Origin: Paecilomyces variotii
Taxonomy: Eukaryota
NCBI GenBank assembly: GCA_004022145.1
Contig: RCNU01000003.1
DNA length: 64,000 nucleotides
Strand: one strand, 5' to 3'
Under the pieces are notes generated by a model. That model was not told the DNA's origin, searched no databases, and worked only from the letters and a program-made list of their open reading frames with translations. Below, in pieces: positions 26,763-41,086 of the stretch; position 1 is the first letter of the stretch, and every line of letters starts with the position of its first letter. The position numbers and the translations under genes are program-made.

Positions 26763-27966
26763 CTATAACCTCAAAACCTCCCCATCATGCCCGATTGCAC
26801 CACGGAAATGATCTTTTACAACTCTCCCCTTCAACAGAGTCTCATCTACAATACCTTCGACATGTTTCGGCTCGATTCTTCCATACCAGATCCCCTTACC
26901 AGCCAAGGGACTCACTTCACCCCCCTCGACCTTCAATCCCGGTGGAATATAGATGATGACATTCCCTGCGTACTTATGTCCGCCAATATGGCTGATCAGA
27001 CCGACGTTCGCGTGTCCGGGCCCATCCACTTTGTTTCCATCTAGTTCCGTCGATGGGTATCCCTTTGTATGCAGCACGCGCTGGAACTCGGCCTGGAGAA
27101 CAGGACCTAGGACACCGCAGCGCATGTCGCGGCCGCCGTGGCCGCAGATGAGGATCGTAGGAGAGTGTACGAGCGAAGTCGCTGGGAAGTGGGAAGCTAG
27201 GTCCGGAGAGCGAGTGAGCTGTTCTCGCTGCGGGGAGGGCATGGAGCCATGCATTGAGTGGAGGGTTTTAGGGAGGAGAAAGGCGCGGACGAATGTCGTG
27301 AGAGAGGTAGGAGAGGCGACGTCTAAAGTCTCTGAGGGGAGGTTGGTAGGTATTGAGCGGAAGTATTTGAAGCTGGGAAAGAGAAAAGCGGACGTGGTAG
27401 ATGAGGATGACGAGGATGGTGATGAGGGGAAGGAAGAGTTCGTCACGAGGATATTGTTATAGGGCTATATGATAAAGATGTCTTTAGTTCTTTCTTCGAT
27501 GATGCATAAAGCTTGCAATGGAGCTCAGAGGGGGGAGTAAATAGTGAGTTTGGTCGCATACATCTGCGTATTTTCCTCCCCTCCCTAATAACTTTTTCAA
27601 TCCTCGCGCCAATTCTCCCCACCCTTCTCCTTGGCCATCCTCTTCAATGCGACTTGTCCAGTCCGGACGGCCAGTTGCTATGATGAGCTGCTGCGCATAA
27701 GCTGCCATTGTGCCATTGAGTGGATGTTCATGGTCAATGGGCAACCCCTCGGGCATGGGCGGAGTCGGTGCACATGCGCAGGTTGGTTCGGGACATGTCT
27801 GCGTGACCGGAAACGGGGGAGGAATTTCAATGCGCTGGCGAGAGCGACATGAGGATGTTAATGATAGATATCGAACAGTCTGGTGCCATGGTACGCGAGC
27901 TATTGTACTTGAGCCGTTGAAGAAGCAGGCCCAGCATGGAGCCCGCGGACGGATACGGATACCCAT
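26763..27966 (-). CDS. AIM32: Sucrase/ferredoxin-like (thioredoxin-like [2Fe-2S], Aim32/Apd1 family) protein, 2 exons
   Basis: ICGHGGRDMRCG, SHIGGHKYAGN and WYGR; Arg-rich N-terminus from ATG 27966; intron at about 27561-27464. Confidence 0.85.
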
Positions 27967-28997
27967 TACAGTGGAACAAACTGAAACACTTAAAGACGGA
28001 GACAGGAAAGTCCAGCGACAAGGTGCAATATGGGTAAATAATACAATCAAAGAGAAAAAGAAGAGGATGCGAGACTGTCCAAATGCGCCTGTTCCTAGCT
28101 TCGCCAAGGTTGAAGCTCCGAGATGTCGGGGTTCGGGAATTCGGAGATAAGGCCCAGCTTAATCAATCAACTATTTTGGGCGTCTCCGATTGGTTCTCCT
28201 CCGCATATTATTCGAGGAGATTACTATGTATGTACTATGCAGTATGTATTTGTGTCTGTAATAATATCACGTCGAATAACAAGGCTAGTCGATTGAACTG
28301 TCACCAGAGACCTTGATATGACCTCGCCTATGTTCTCTACCTGTATCATACAGCTAAAGCTGGATATGTGTAGTAAAAGCTGCATTGCATGGAACGAACG
28401 TTATTATGGCTTGAAAACTTGCCATTGGCGTTGTATAGGGTAGACTTCTGGCGTCTGGGTCTGACAGGCTACGAAGACGGACTGTTCCTGAAAGACAGGA
28501 TTGGGATGTATTATCCATACAGATTCGAAGAGAATGACTACGTATGGTGCATGGCCCTGAGAACAAATCATGATTCTACAATGGTATATAGAATAATTCT
28601 ACTGAACAATACAACGTCAATGGATGCTGTCGGGATCAATAGTCAGTGCATGACCCAGTTTCTTATTGTTACCGGTCATTTTTTTATATGTACATGGAGA
28701 TCGAGGAGTTATAGAGTGATATTACGATTTATAGGATGAGATTCGAAATTATATTCTTTTCCCCGAAATACTTCATCAACTGGTCTGCACACTCGCAGCC
28801 CTCTTGTTGCGATGTCTAAAATCCCAGAGGCATATATTGAGCAAGATATAAGAAAAAGAAATGATGTCCAGCGGCCAGGATAGAAGAAAAACATGGATAC
28901 CACTTATTATTCGATACGGTCAAGGGACCTTGAATCCTGCCTGAGCGCCAACGCCGTAATGAGAGACCCAGTGCGCAAGAATTGCGCCTTAATAAGG

Positions 28998-29516
28998 TCA
29001 TCGACGTGTACGTGATGTGCTCATACTCTCTTCGTCTTCCTCGTCGCTCTCGTCCATGAACCCTTCCTCCAGATCGCGACTAAGACGAGGTTGATCATCA
29101 CTCGTTGTACTCCGCCGCCTCTCCAGAGCCTCCCGCCTGGACGGGTCGAACCCCACCATATTCTCCCCTTCCTCATCAAAGATACTACCGGAATCGTTCT
29201 GTCCCTCAATGAGGCGTGCCTCTCTCCTCCAGGTAGATGGCAGAAACAGATGCATCAATGCATCAGCCAGACGATCTCGGAGCGAAGACGTGTGCACGGA
29301 GATAGTCTGTAGTGGCAGATACTGGGAGTATCGTTGATGATACCGTCGAAAGAATGGAATGATCAAGAATGAGAGAAGTAAATATAGAGCAAGGGAGATA
29401 AGGGCGGGGACCACAAGGGTCTAGAGCAGCTTTGGTCAGTATGGAAGAACCACGTAGCATTCCGGAGCAAGAGGAGACAACTTATTTACCTTGAGCAGAC
29501 CCGCGGGAGCTCCCAT
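28998..29516 (-). CDS. Small hypothetical single-pass membrane protein, 2 exons
   Basis: MGAPAGLLK|TLVVPALISLALYLLLSFLIIPFFRRY... with intron 29489-29421; acidic tail RLSRDLEEGFMDESDEE; divergent from the formin. Confidence 0.8.
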
Positions 29517-30353
29517 TGTAATGGAAATAATATAACCGGGCCCGTGGTCTCTCTGTCTGGGGGTTCTCAGCAACAGACAGACGAACTGCTATCCGGAACA
29601 GCGCGAGCACCGGGGCTGGCGGAGACGGAGTTCAGGAGACAAGATACGGGACCGGGAGCTCGAACCAGCCTGGATCACCGGCCACCCCTCATGATATCGA
29701 CATCAGCACAGATTCGAGGGTCCAGAGCGAAGATCCCACGAGCCGTTAGGGCCAGCATCGAATCCGCGTTGGTGCTCGCCCAGCTGTCAACTTGTCAAGG
29801 CTGAAGCAGGCGGCATCACGTGCCGCCATGCGACCCGGGCGGTACGCGCATCACGTGGCGCCCCCATACCCGATGTGGCCTACGCGGCCTGAGGCTAGCG
29901 ACTTAGTCAGCCTTAGCGCCAACCGCGGGCGAACCAGCGACGTCGAAGCCCGCGGGCCAGACGCTGAACCCCTTAGAGTAGACAGACCCTCTACGGTCGA
30001 GAATGGTGAACGCTTCCCAAAGGACAACAAACCGCGCGCATCTGGTGAACGCCACTTGAGCGGAAGTTTTCAACGGTCGACCTTTGCTCCCGTCTTCTGT
30101 GGTGAAGAGGGAGCATTTCTGGACGACTTTGGACGGCTCTCGATCGCTCCGCAGCGGGTACCGATCGTCAGGAGCGAAGATCGGCCCTGAATGACATTGA
30201 TTCCCTAGAAGCGCTAGATACATCGCAACTGCTGCTGGGGACGTGAGAACGTGAGCAGCTGAAATTTGGTCGCAGAAGAAGCTCGATTTGGGACAGATAA
30301 ACAAAAGTGACGCTGATGCTACACCCTGCGCCTAACCAACGACACCCGCCAGG

Positions 30354-33300
30354 ATGCCCACCTCCTCGTCCGCAAGCGACAAATCCAGACAGACGTCGGC
30401 TGGTAAATCGTTCTTCGGACGGAAACTGCACAAGGATCGGACTGAGGACCATCGACATGAAGGAAACGGAGGTCTAGAGGCTCCCATTTCCATGGCGAGC
30501 TCGCCCGGATCGCGGACCTCACGCCATACGAAGAGGGGATCGGTACAGTCTATCGACTTGGGCAACGAGCCGGATGCTACCGGTCTTTCAATGACTGCAG
30601 GCGTTATCACATCGATCCCCTTTGAGAGTTTGCCAGCAGATCACAGATCTCCTATCCCCATTGAGACCGTGTCCAGGCCAGAATCGTCGCCGCGGAAGGA
30701 GCCTACGCCGAGCCATCTGGCAAAGGAAACATCGGACTTCCACCAATACCCCGTATGGAACCCTCCGGCACAACAAAATGTGTATTCGCATCCGACAGGG
30801 CCCCGTCCTCCACCTCATGTGTCAAATACAACAATGGCTGCAAGCTCCACTGGAGACAGAGGCACACGTTACCAACAATGGGGTCGACCGGGCAGTTCTG
30901 CGGCGAATGCGGGCTTCAGCCATCACTCTACTTCCACGGCGGATTCGTCATCAAATTCTCGAATATCTCTCGATCAAATGAGCATTCACTCGTCAGTTTC
31001 CTCCAACACGCGGGGCTCCAGCTATTTCTCGGATAATAATTCTTCTCGCACCCTTACCACATCCCATTCCGCCGACCGAAACACCCAATATAGCACCGCT
31101 AGCAATAGATACTCGAATCTACAAGGTTCTTGGTTACCAGGACAGCCCCTAGAGCCTCCGGTCCCACCGGTTCCACCGGAACAGTATTTGACTCGACCCA
31201 GAGACGACCGGGTGATCGACCAACTCTTCCTGGACCTCATGCAGAAGAGAGGCTGGCAGAATCTCCCAGAGCAGGCAAAGAGGCAGATGCTAGCATATCC
31301 CGCGTCGAAGAAATGGACCCTTGTCCACCAGGATCGATTGACCGAACTACAAGGTGAGCAGAGAAGAAAGAATAATGCCAGACAAACTTATGGTTCAGAG
31401 GCCCCAAGCGGGCTTCTGAGCCGATCAGAGGAGGAGGGAAGCCCTGAATGGTATGTGAGGAAGGTGATGGACGATACTATCACGTCGAAACAGCTTGGAA
31501 GCTTGAGTGTCAGTCTTCGGACGCAACCGATAAGTTGGGTAAAGGCATTTGTAGAGGCTCAAGGTCAAATCGCTTTGACGAATGTCCTCATGAAGATTAA
31601 CAGAAGGAAAGCTTCTGGACCTGTGCCTGTGGCTCCAACTTCAGGAGACAAAGATTTGGACCGTGAATATGACATAGCAAAGTGCCTCAAAGCATTGATG
31701 AACAACAAATATGGTGCCGATGATGCCCTTGCTCACCAGCAAGTCATTGTGGCACTCGCCTGCTCGCTGTTATCTCCACGCCTCAACACCAGAAAGCTGG
31801 TCAGTGAAGTATTGACTTTCCTCTGCCACTGGGCCGAAGGTCAGGGGCACCAGAAGGTCCTCCAGGCTATGGATCACGTCAAGAATCTCCAGGGAGAAAC
31901 TGGTCGTTTTGATGCATGGATGCGTATCGTCGAAGTCACCATCGATGGCCGTGGAAAGATGGGCAGTCTGGTTGGTGCCAGTGATGAATACCGAAGCGGG
32001 GGAATTGGTATGGAAAATCTCCTCATGGAATATGCGGTGGCTACAATGCTACTGATCAATATGTTGGTCGATGCGCCGGAAAATGACTTGCAGCTCCGGT
32101 GCCATATCCGGGCGCAGTTTACCTCCTGCGGTATCAAGCGGCTCCTGACGAAGATGGAGGGTTTCCAGTATGAAGTAATTGACAAGCAGGTCGAGCGGTT
32201 CAGAGAGAATGAAGCGATTGACTACGAGGATCTGCTGCAGCGGGAGAACAGCAGCATGAAGGACAGCATCGAGGGCGAGGTCAAGGATATGAATGATCCG
32301 ATGCAAATCACGGATGCGATTCAGTCCAGGATCCAGGGCACTCGATCACACGATTACTTCCTCTCTGCGATGCAGCATCTGCTGCTTATCCGAGAGAACT
32401 CAGGAGAGGACGGACTTCGCATGTTCCAGCTGGTGGATGCCATGCTCAGCTACGTGGCCATGGATAGGAGGCTTCCGGATCTGGATTTGCGCCAGGGATT
32501 GTCATTTACCGTTCAGAGTCTCCTGGACCGCTTGCATACGGACGCAGAAGCCCGACGAGCTTACGATGAATCGTTGGAAGCTCGCCAGGTGGCCGAGGCG
32601 GCTATCGCTGAGCGTGATGAGATGAGGGCGCAGGTGGAGATGGGCGCGGATGGCTTGGTCAAGAAGCTCCAAAAGCAGATTGAAGAGCAAACCGGCATCA
32701 TTGCGCTTCAACAGAGGCAGAACGAGTCACTGAAAGCCGAGCTCGCCGATGTCCAGAGGCTGCGCGGTCAGGAACTCCAGCGTAATGAACTGGAGACAAG
32801 AGAGCTGTATCTGATGCTCCGAGATGCCCAAGATATAGCTGCATCAAATGCCAAGAAGTCCGCTGACAACGACAAAGGAGAAGTTGACCCAGCACAGATG
32901 CGGGGTATCCTGGACCGCGAGAAACTCATGGAGAGACTGGAACGCCAGCTTGAGCGCACAAAGACACAGTTCAAGCTGGAAGGCAAGGTATGGGGTACAC
33001 ATGGACCTTCAGATCGTTTGCGCGAGTTGCGGGAGCAGATGGACGGAGATAATGACTTCAACGATGACTTTCAAAATAAAGCACGCAACCTCGACACAGG
33101 TACTCTGGGGGCCGTTCACCGGAAGAGGAGCCACGTACCTCAAGCAAAGGAAGATGCGGCTGAGAGTGCCGATGACCTTGGCGACGAAGATGTCGTATAT
33201 GAGAAGCCTCGCCTTATTGAACTACAACGCCCTCGCTTGGATCCAGAGAAGGCGAACGGTCTACTTGGCGAAATCGCGTCCAAAGTTCCCAAATATGATG

Positions 33301-35792
33301 CTGATGAGAAAGAGGCTGAGGGCACTTCTGAAGATGCTAAGGCCTCAGCAGAAGACCACGAGCCCAGTGTTGAGAACTCCGATGAGACCAAAGATGAGGC
33401 CAAGGCCGTCCCTGCACCACCACCACCACCACCTCCTCCTCCTCCTCCTCCCCCTCCCCCTCCAGGCAGCGTACAGGGTGTGCCGCCGCCTCCTCCTCCT
33501 CCTCCGCCGCCTCCACCACCTCCAGGTTCTGTTGCTGGAATTCCTCCTCCCCCTCCACCTCCTCCACCTCCGCCTCCTGGTGCCGGTATCCCTGGACCAC
33601 CACCGCCTCCTCCTCCACCACCAGGGCCTGGAGCTCCCCCTCCGCCGCCTCCCCCAGGTGGCCCAGTCGGCAGTTGGAGAACAAATTATTTGGTTGCAGA
33701 ACACACTGGGCCTACCGTTTATATGCCATCTATTCGACCTAAGAAGAAGCTCAAGGCGCTTCACTGGGAGAAGGTTGACACTCCTCAAGTAACTGTATGG
33801 GCTACTCACACGCCTACTCATGAAGACAAGGAGCGGAAGTACACCGAGCTAGCTAAGAAGGGTGTCCTGGACGAGGTTGAACGCTTGTTCATGGCCAAGG
33901 AGACAAAGATCCTTAAGGGCAGTGCAGCCGCCAAACAGCGAAAGGATAAGAAACAAATCATTTCCAATGATCTTTCGAAAACTTTCCAGATCGCCATGGC
34001 GAAATTCTCTCAGGTGCCTGTGGATGAACTGGTCCGCATGATCATCCACTGCGACACTGAGATTCTGGATAATAATGTTGTCATGGATTTCTTGCAGAGG
34101 GATGAACTTTGCACTATTCCTGACAACGTGGCGAAGATGATGGCACCCTACAGCAAGGATTGGACCGGTCCTGACGCTTTGAACTCGGAACGCGAACAAG
34201 ATATCAATGAGCTCACCCGTGAGGATCAAATCTATTTACAGACAGCCTTTGAACTCAACCACTACTGGAAGGCCCGTATGCGTGCTTTGGCTTTGACGCG
34301 GTCGTTTGAGCCTGACTATGATCATATTTCTGCTAAACTGAAGGATGTCGTTACAGTCAGTGAGTCCTTGCGCGACTCAGTATCACTGATGAACGTTCTC
34401 GGTTTGATCCTGGATATCGGTAACTTTATGAATGACTCGAACAAACAAGCCCAAGGTTTCAAGCTTAGCTCCCTGGCTCGTCTCGGTATGGTGAAAGATG
34501 ACAAGAATGAGTCCACTTTCGCCGACCTGGTGGAACGTATTGTCCGCAACCAATACCCCGAATGGCAGGGCTTTACAGACGAGATTGGAGGTGTTATCTC
34601 GGTTCAGAAATTAAACGTCGACCAGCTCAGGACGGACGCCAAGAAATATATCGACACCATCAAGAACGTACAGATGAGCTTAGATGCGGGTAACTTGAGC
34701 GATCCGAAGAAGTTTCATCCTCAAGATCGCGTCAGCCAGGTAGTCCAGCGCAGTATGAAAGAAGCTCGGCGGAAAGCAGAGCAGATGCAGCTGTATCTGG
34801 ACGATATGGTTAAGAGCTTCGACGATATTATGACTTTCTACGGCGAAGACAACACAGATGATAATGCCAGGCGAGACTTCTTCGCCAAGCTAGCTTCGTT
34901 CTTGCAAGAGTGGAAGGTAGGCCACCATTATTTTACTTTCCTCACGATTGCGCCTGTTCAGGATTGATACGCTAACGCATCTCACATATAGAAATCGAGA
35001 GAGAAGAATATCTCCTGGGAAGAAGCGAGGAAACGTACAGAAGCCTCGCTGGCGAGAAAACGCATCAATCCTGCCCTTGCGAATGGCGGTGGTCACGGTA
35101 CAGATAGTCCGAATTCACCATCAACCAGTGGAGCAATGGACTCTCTACTTGAGAAACTGCGAGCTGCAGCACCACAGGCTAGAGATCAACGTGATCGTCG
35201 TCGGCGCGCTAGGCTGAAGGAGCGCCACCAAGTCCGTGTTGCGTCTGGCCAAAAGATTCCAGAACTCGGTATAGAGGGTGAGGTCAATGCTGAAGGTGGT
35301 GACAAGGCAGATAGTGCTATGGGCACTGACGGTGGCCTGTTGACACCAAAATCACCTGGTGAAGACGGCAACGCTAGCGGTCAAGAGATCTCGGAGGGCG
35401 AAGACATCGCAGACCGCGCTGCAAGCATGTTGCAAGGTCTAAGAGGCAACAACGACACGGAGTCCCAGCGAGCAAGGAGGAAAGGAAGTGCCGAAGATGA
35501 GAGACGGCAACGCAGAATGAGAAGAAGAAATGGTGCAACTAGCGGCAGCAAGGATAGTGCAGACGGGTCAGCTTTGAACCCAGTGCAAGAGCCACCATCA
35601 CCAGCTAAAACCGACATGGCCGAGACAGACGATTCCGCCTTGTTGAGCCCGAGCAAGGATCAGCATTCTTCTCAACCACCATTGACGCCATCCATCATCG
35701 TGTCGCCCACGTTTGACCCTCCCCCCGCAGATGAATCTGCTGAATCCGCCGAGCACCCTTCCCCCACCCAACCCGCCGAACCCCAAGAGTGA
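30354..35792 (+). CDS. sepA: Formin (GBD/FH3, poly-Pro FH1, FH2, DAD), 2 exons
   Basis: 1537-aa ORF with SLRTQPISWV, polyproline FH1, KKKLKALHWEK and GNFMN/GFKLSSL. Intron 34917-34991 leads to the DAD motif MDSLLEKLR. Confidence 0.98.
33412..33657 (+). repeat. CCN-rich low-complexity repeat encoding the FH1 polyproline tracts
   Basis: Runs of CCT/CCA/CCG codons giving several poly-Pro blocks. Confidence 0.9.
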
Positions 35793-35994
35793 TCCCATGG
35801 GTTTTGGAGTCTCTTAATTCTAATGTCTGATAGGATTACTGATGTTCATGTGGAAATTCTTTGTATGGCGTATGTGTATAATGTTCTACTTCTGTCTGTC
35901 CATCGTGTCTGTCTCTGCCACTAGTTCCCAGAGCTATTGCTCAACATGTGCAGCGTGTGATGGATAGTATCTTGTTCCATATTTTACTGCCTCC

Positions 35995-36122
35995 CTTTCT
36001 TTTTTTTTTTTTTCTTTTTCTTTATTCTTTTTTTGACTGCAGATCGTTGCGGTATATTTTTGAGGATATTTCGCGCTTTTCTTCTTCCCTTTCCTTTCTT
36101 TTTTTTTTTTTTTTTTTCTTTT
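35995..36122 (+). repeat. Poly-T/pyrimidine tracts in the formin 3' region
   Basis: Long T homopolymers near 36000 and 36100. Confidence 0.8.
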
Positions 36123-37574
36123 CTCATCATCTTATGTCGAGCTTTGGCTCCACTGTGGCTTCTCTTCTTCCTACTTCCCTTTGTTGTGTTTGTGTCTATG
36201 GACACTTTGCAATTGATCTATATTCCCTGTCAATCAGACCTTCTCCTACTTTCCCGTTTCATTTCTTATATGACTTGGTTGGTTGCGCTCTTGTGGCACC
36301 TTATGTAACCGCGATTTCTCCCATTTCAAGCATGATTATATTGACCGGGCAGTCAGAGCGGGTCTCGGGCATGCCTCGGTAGGGCTTTTTCAGCATCGAG
36401 TGATTGTTAGCGTGTTGTTATCAGTCTCGCTGTTCGAGCGTAGAATGTTCATGCCCATTCAATTGCACACCCGAAGTCTTGGGGGGTGGTATCATCGCAC
36501 CTCACCTATTTACTTTCAGACTAGATACCTTATCTCCATACTTAACATAACGCATGCGACCATAATATAATACAGGGCTCCTTAGTCGGACTCAACCCAC
36601 ATGCGGTGCGGTCGAAGTAAGACAAGTGCGATTTACCTGGGATATGTGTAGGATTGTGTCGAATACGCCTGAGGAGAGATCAATCCTGACATCCTTATAT
36701 AGAAAGAAGTCTTGATATTCCCAAGCTGTTTCTTTGTCTGAGCTGATGGTATCTTAAACCCCCAAGAATGGGCTAGTATCCTTAAGTAATAAAAGTCGAG
36801 TCACGGTATTAGACACATACAAACCTTTTGCTTCTCCGTGTATTATATTATCATTAAATTGCAGTGCTTCAAAGATATGTTAGGCCAGCGTAAGCAAAAG
36901 CCGACGGGCCACTCCGCCGGAGGGTTCACCTAAATACTTCCTTGGCCGGTTTAAGCACTAAGTAAGTAGCCGCGCCTGAAAGTTAATCGGATGCGATTTC
37001 GTTCCAAGAGAAATAAAGTAGTCAACCTTCCTTACTGACGTCTCCATTCAGTTGGCATAAGCTCTTCACATCATTACTTTTGATGCTGTACCTCCTGCTC
37101 GTTTTAAGATTTGGCGACAAAGACTATTTCGAACGCTTGCGGGAAGTAATTGATCTTTTTTCTGCCGAGGAACGCGGAAGCTTCCTGCATAATTGACGTC
37201 ACACTCGGTTCTTACGTTTCCAGTAATCTTTGTAGATCGGGCGACATATTTTTGCCATGTCGTCGGTCTTCCCGGTTCTTCTCTTGATCGTCCTCTCTGT
37301 TGCGATGTCCGGATTGCTGTGACTCTGCGGATCGCTCGAGGAACGACACTGTGACTGAGTTATGATCGCAGAACTTGGACTTGCAAAGCCATGCTTAGGG
37401 TCAAGCGAGACAGGAATGAAATACTTTCACTATATTCTGGAAGCCCTGAAACAATTGCAGCTCTAAGAGATCTTCCGTCTCGCTAGTGAGCATGATCTTG
37501 GCTCAACACTGCTGCGAAGAGCGTATAAAACCAGGGTGACGTCTCTACGGCAATAGACAGGGTTACCATACACC

Positions 37575-40500
37575 ATGACAGAAGAAGACAATCCCTTGGA
37601 CCAGCCCAGCTCTAGGCCTTCAATGAGTGACGGGTCTACGACTACATCAGAGTCGAACCTGAGAGATGGTGTCTATGTAACGGGTATGTCACCCCGGATT
37701 GGAAGACATCCCCAGTACTGATCGGTTATCATGGACAAACAGACGATGGGAGGCTGGGTATAAAATTCGGGAAACAAAAGCCATGGATCTCATCATTAGC
37801 CAAGTATATGCAACCAAGGGCAGATCGTGACACGGCAAAGCCTAGGCCAGAGACACCGGTTCCAGAAGGAGACCAATTTCCTCTACGTTTGAACATCGTG
37901 ATTCAGGTTGTAGGGTCGCGCGGGGATATCCAGCCATTTGTGGCGCTGGGTAAGGAGCTTCGAAAGCATGGCCATCGAGTTAGGCTAGCTACGCACTTGA
38001 CATTCCGTGACGATATCAAAAAAGAAGGACTGGAGTTCTTCAACGTTGGAGGAGACCCAGAGCAGTTGATGGCCTTTATGGTCCAGAATCCGGGGTTGAT
38101 TCCGGGTATGCGCACAATCAGTAGTGGTGGGCTCCTAAAACGCCGGCGGGATATGAAGACCATCTTCACAGGATGCTGGCGGTCTTGTTTCGAACCTGGC
38201 GATGGGACCGCCTTGAATTCCAGCGCTCGGAACTCAAACACTGATACAACAGATCAGTCCGTGCAACCGTTTGTGGCCGATGTGATTATCGCTAATCCCC
38301 CGGTCTTTGTGCACTTGAGCTGTGCCGAAAGAATGGGCGTTCCATTGAATATTATGTTTACGTGAGTCGAGAAATGCCTACACCATATACTAGGGATGTA
38401 TCAGGATTTAATGGAAGTAGGATGCCGTGGTCACCAACGCAATATTTCCCCCACCCACTAGCAAATATTCGTCCGCATAGCACCAAACCATCTGTGGCAA
38501 ACCTCGCATCATATGGTATTGTGGAGGTGATGATGTGGGAAGGGTTGGGAGATCTGATCAATCGCTTTCGCAGGAAGGAGCTAGGACTAGACCCATTGGA
38601 TGCTATACGAGCTCCCACCATGAACCATCGGTTGCAAATCCCATACGCATATCTCTGGTACGTGGAATTTCTTAGGATCTACGGCCAGAGGGGCTGATAA
38701 GCATAGGTCGCCATCCCTCCTGCCTAAGCCACAAGATTGGCCGGATAACATTGATGTTTGCGGTTTTCAAGTTTTGCCGGGCAATTCTCACTACAATCCT
38801 CCTGAAGATCTTGTTGCCTTCCTCAAAGCGGGCGATACCCCTATCTATGTTGGCTTTGGGTCGATTGTGGTGGCGGACCCGGGAAAACTGACAAAGGTCA
38901 TACTCGACGCTGTTCGCCAGACTGGTCAAAGAGCACTCATATCTAAAGGATGGAGCAATCTTGGTTCCGAAGAGACTGAGTTACCTGACAATGTGTTCTT
39001 TTTGGACAAGTGTCCTCATGACTGGCTCTTCCAGCATGTCTCATGCGTTGTACATCATGGCGGTGCTGGAACCACAGCTGCAGGTTTACTCTTGGGAAGG
39101 CCTACCGTGATTATCCCCTTCTTTGGTGACCAGCCATTCTGGGGCTCTATTGTGGAAAAGGCCGGCGCAGGACCACCGCCAGTCCCATACAGGCGACTGA
39201 CTTCAGAAAGATTAGCCGCAGCCATCATGAAGGCTCTTGAATTGCCTGTGCGGAAATCCGCCGAGGAAATTGGACAGAAAATGAGGCTTGAAAATGGGAC
39301 AGCAGAAGCTGTACGCAGCTTCCATCGACATTTAGACGTCGACGCATTACGGTGCTCTATCTGCCCCAATAGGCCCGCTGTGTGGTGGCATCGGCACTTG
39401 CATATCGGACTGAGTGCATTTGCATTCTCGATTCTAATGCATAGGGGACATATTTCGCCAGGTGATGTGAACTTGTAGGTAGAGCAAGCAAGAATTATAT
39501 CTAGCCTCCTTGTCCTAACAATGGAACCTCTAGATACCGAGCCCGCGAATATGACACAACCCGCGATCCAAAGGGGCCTATTTCGGCAACTGCGGCGGTT
39601 CTTTACGGCATAATAACGGACTTCATCATTGGACTTGTGCGAGTCCCAGAGCAAATCGTCGATATTCTACCCGTGGCCGATTCCAAGGGTACAACCCGCG
39701 ATTACCGGATAAGAGAATGGGCAATGGAGCACTTTGCGGATTGTATGTCAAATCAGCAACCCAAAGATGGCCGTCGACCTGTGGCTCAGTATGAGGCTTC
39801 TCATAACAATGTAGAGGATGGAAACGCGAATGTCAATAATCCGTGCCAACCAAGTACGAAGAATCAAAACGGTAATGTTGGAGGAGATGGTCACGGAGAT
39901 ATGCCCACTTCAGGCGCCGGCGATACCGATAATGAAATTAATGCAGACCAAGAGATCCAAAAGCCTCCAAAAGTGCACAGCCGGAAAAGGAGGAAGCTTG
40001 TATATACGCGCGACAAAACAGCCAGATTAGCCAAGCACTCGCTAAACTTTGTACTGGTTATACCAACGGATGTGACTCTCAGCATGGCCAAGGGATTCCA
40101 TAACTTGCCCAAGTTGTACCATGACACCACGGTCCAAAAAATTCCGACTGTGAGAGGGATTGGGAGCGGACTCGGTGCGGCTCAAAAGGTAAGCAGGCAA
40201 ATTATGCCCAGGCATGCACTATTGGTTCAGAATCACTCACCTGTTGTAGGAGCTTGTGCAGGGATTTTATCACGGTGTGACTGGACTCGTCACTCAGCCT
40301 GCTCAAGGTTTTCAGCAGTCAGGTGGCAAAGGGTTAGTCAAAGGAATTGGAAAGGGCCTAGGTGGTGTCATTTTCAAACCAGCTGCAGGTACGTCCGTTT
40401 ACTCTTCTTTTTTGGAGGGACACGAATTCTGAGCCATCTCCCATGATATAGGTATTTGGGGATTAGCTGGGTTTCCCTTGGATGGACTCCACAAAACTCT

Positions 40501-40642
40501 TCGCAAATCACTTGCTAGAGACAAGTCCAAAGAAATTGTACGATCACGTATCACGCAAGGCATTCAGGAAATGTGCGCTGCATCACATGGAGAGCAAGCA
40601 GAGGTGATTCGTAGATGGCGTGAACTGCGAGAGCGCTCTTGA
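37575..40642 (+). CDS. GT1 glycosyltransferase (sterol 3-beta-glucosyltransferase-like), about 7 exons
   Basis: IQVVGSRGDIQPF, RVRLATH, MPWSPT, PIYVGFGSIV, PHDWLF, HHGGAGTTAAG and PFFGDQPFWG. C-terminal KGFHNLPKLY and KGIGKG region; ends ...RELRERS-TGA. Confidence 0.92.
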
Positions 40643-41086
40643 AGATTTACTACCTCGGGATCCGTTGTTAGGCACAATGCTGGGCTGGATGAAATAAATA
40701 TAATTCTAATCAGGCGGGCCTCATACAATGATAGAATTGGAAGTCTCCAAGTCTAACTATTAGACAGTGTCGAAGTCGGGCACCAACTTGCCTAAACTTA
40801 TAGACACTGGAAACACCACACGTTAGAGGACATGGTGACGAAAGTTAGTCGTTTCGCCTCGGATACATTAGGCCTGCCTGTCTAGACTTTTGACCATTGT
40901 ACAGCTACAAGATAAATAACCAGTCTTCTTTGGCAGTACTCATACTGCATATTAGAAGAAGTAGACTCGAACGACTTCCATATATCTTCTATGTGTATTG
41001 TGCAAGTGTCCGTGTCCTCGGGCTCGACATCGCAGTGATTCTGCAAGATACTCCCGTGATCCTATAAATCCCATGAATAATCGCCA

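Noticed and set aside
27967-28107. Hydrophobic N-terminal extension of the Aim32-like ORF
   Set aside because: Non-ATG start; a pyrimidine-rich 5' UTR explains the Phe/Leu content, and ATG 27966 gives a sensible presequence.
33337-33821. Minus-strand poly-Arg/Trp and poly-Glu/Val ORFs
   Set aside because: Artefacts of the FH1 polyproline codons read on the opposite strand.
35948-36382. Phe-rich and Lys-rich ORFs after the formin (similar ones at 46061-46369)
   Set aside because: Produced by poly-T/A tracts.
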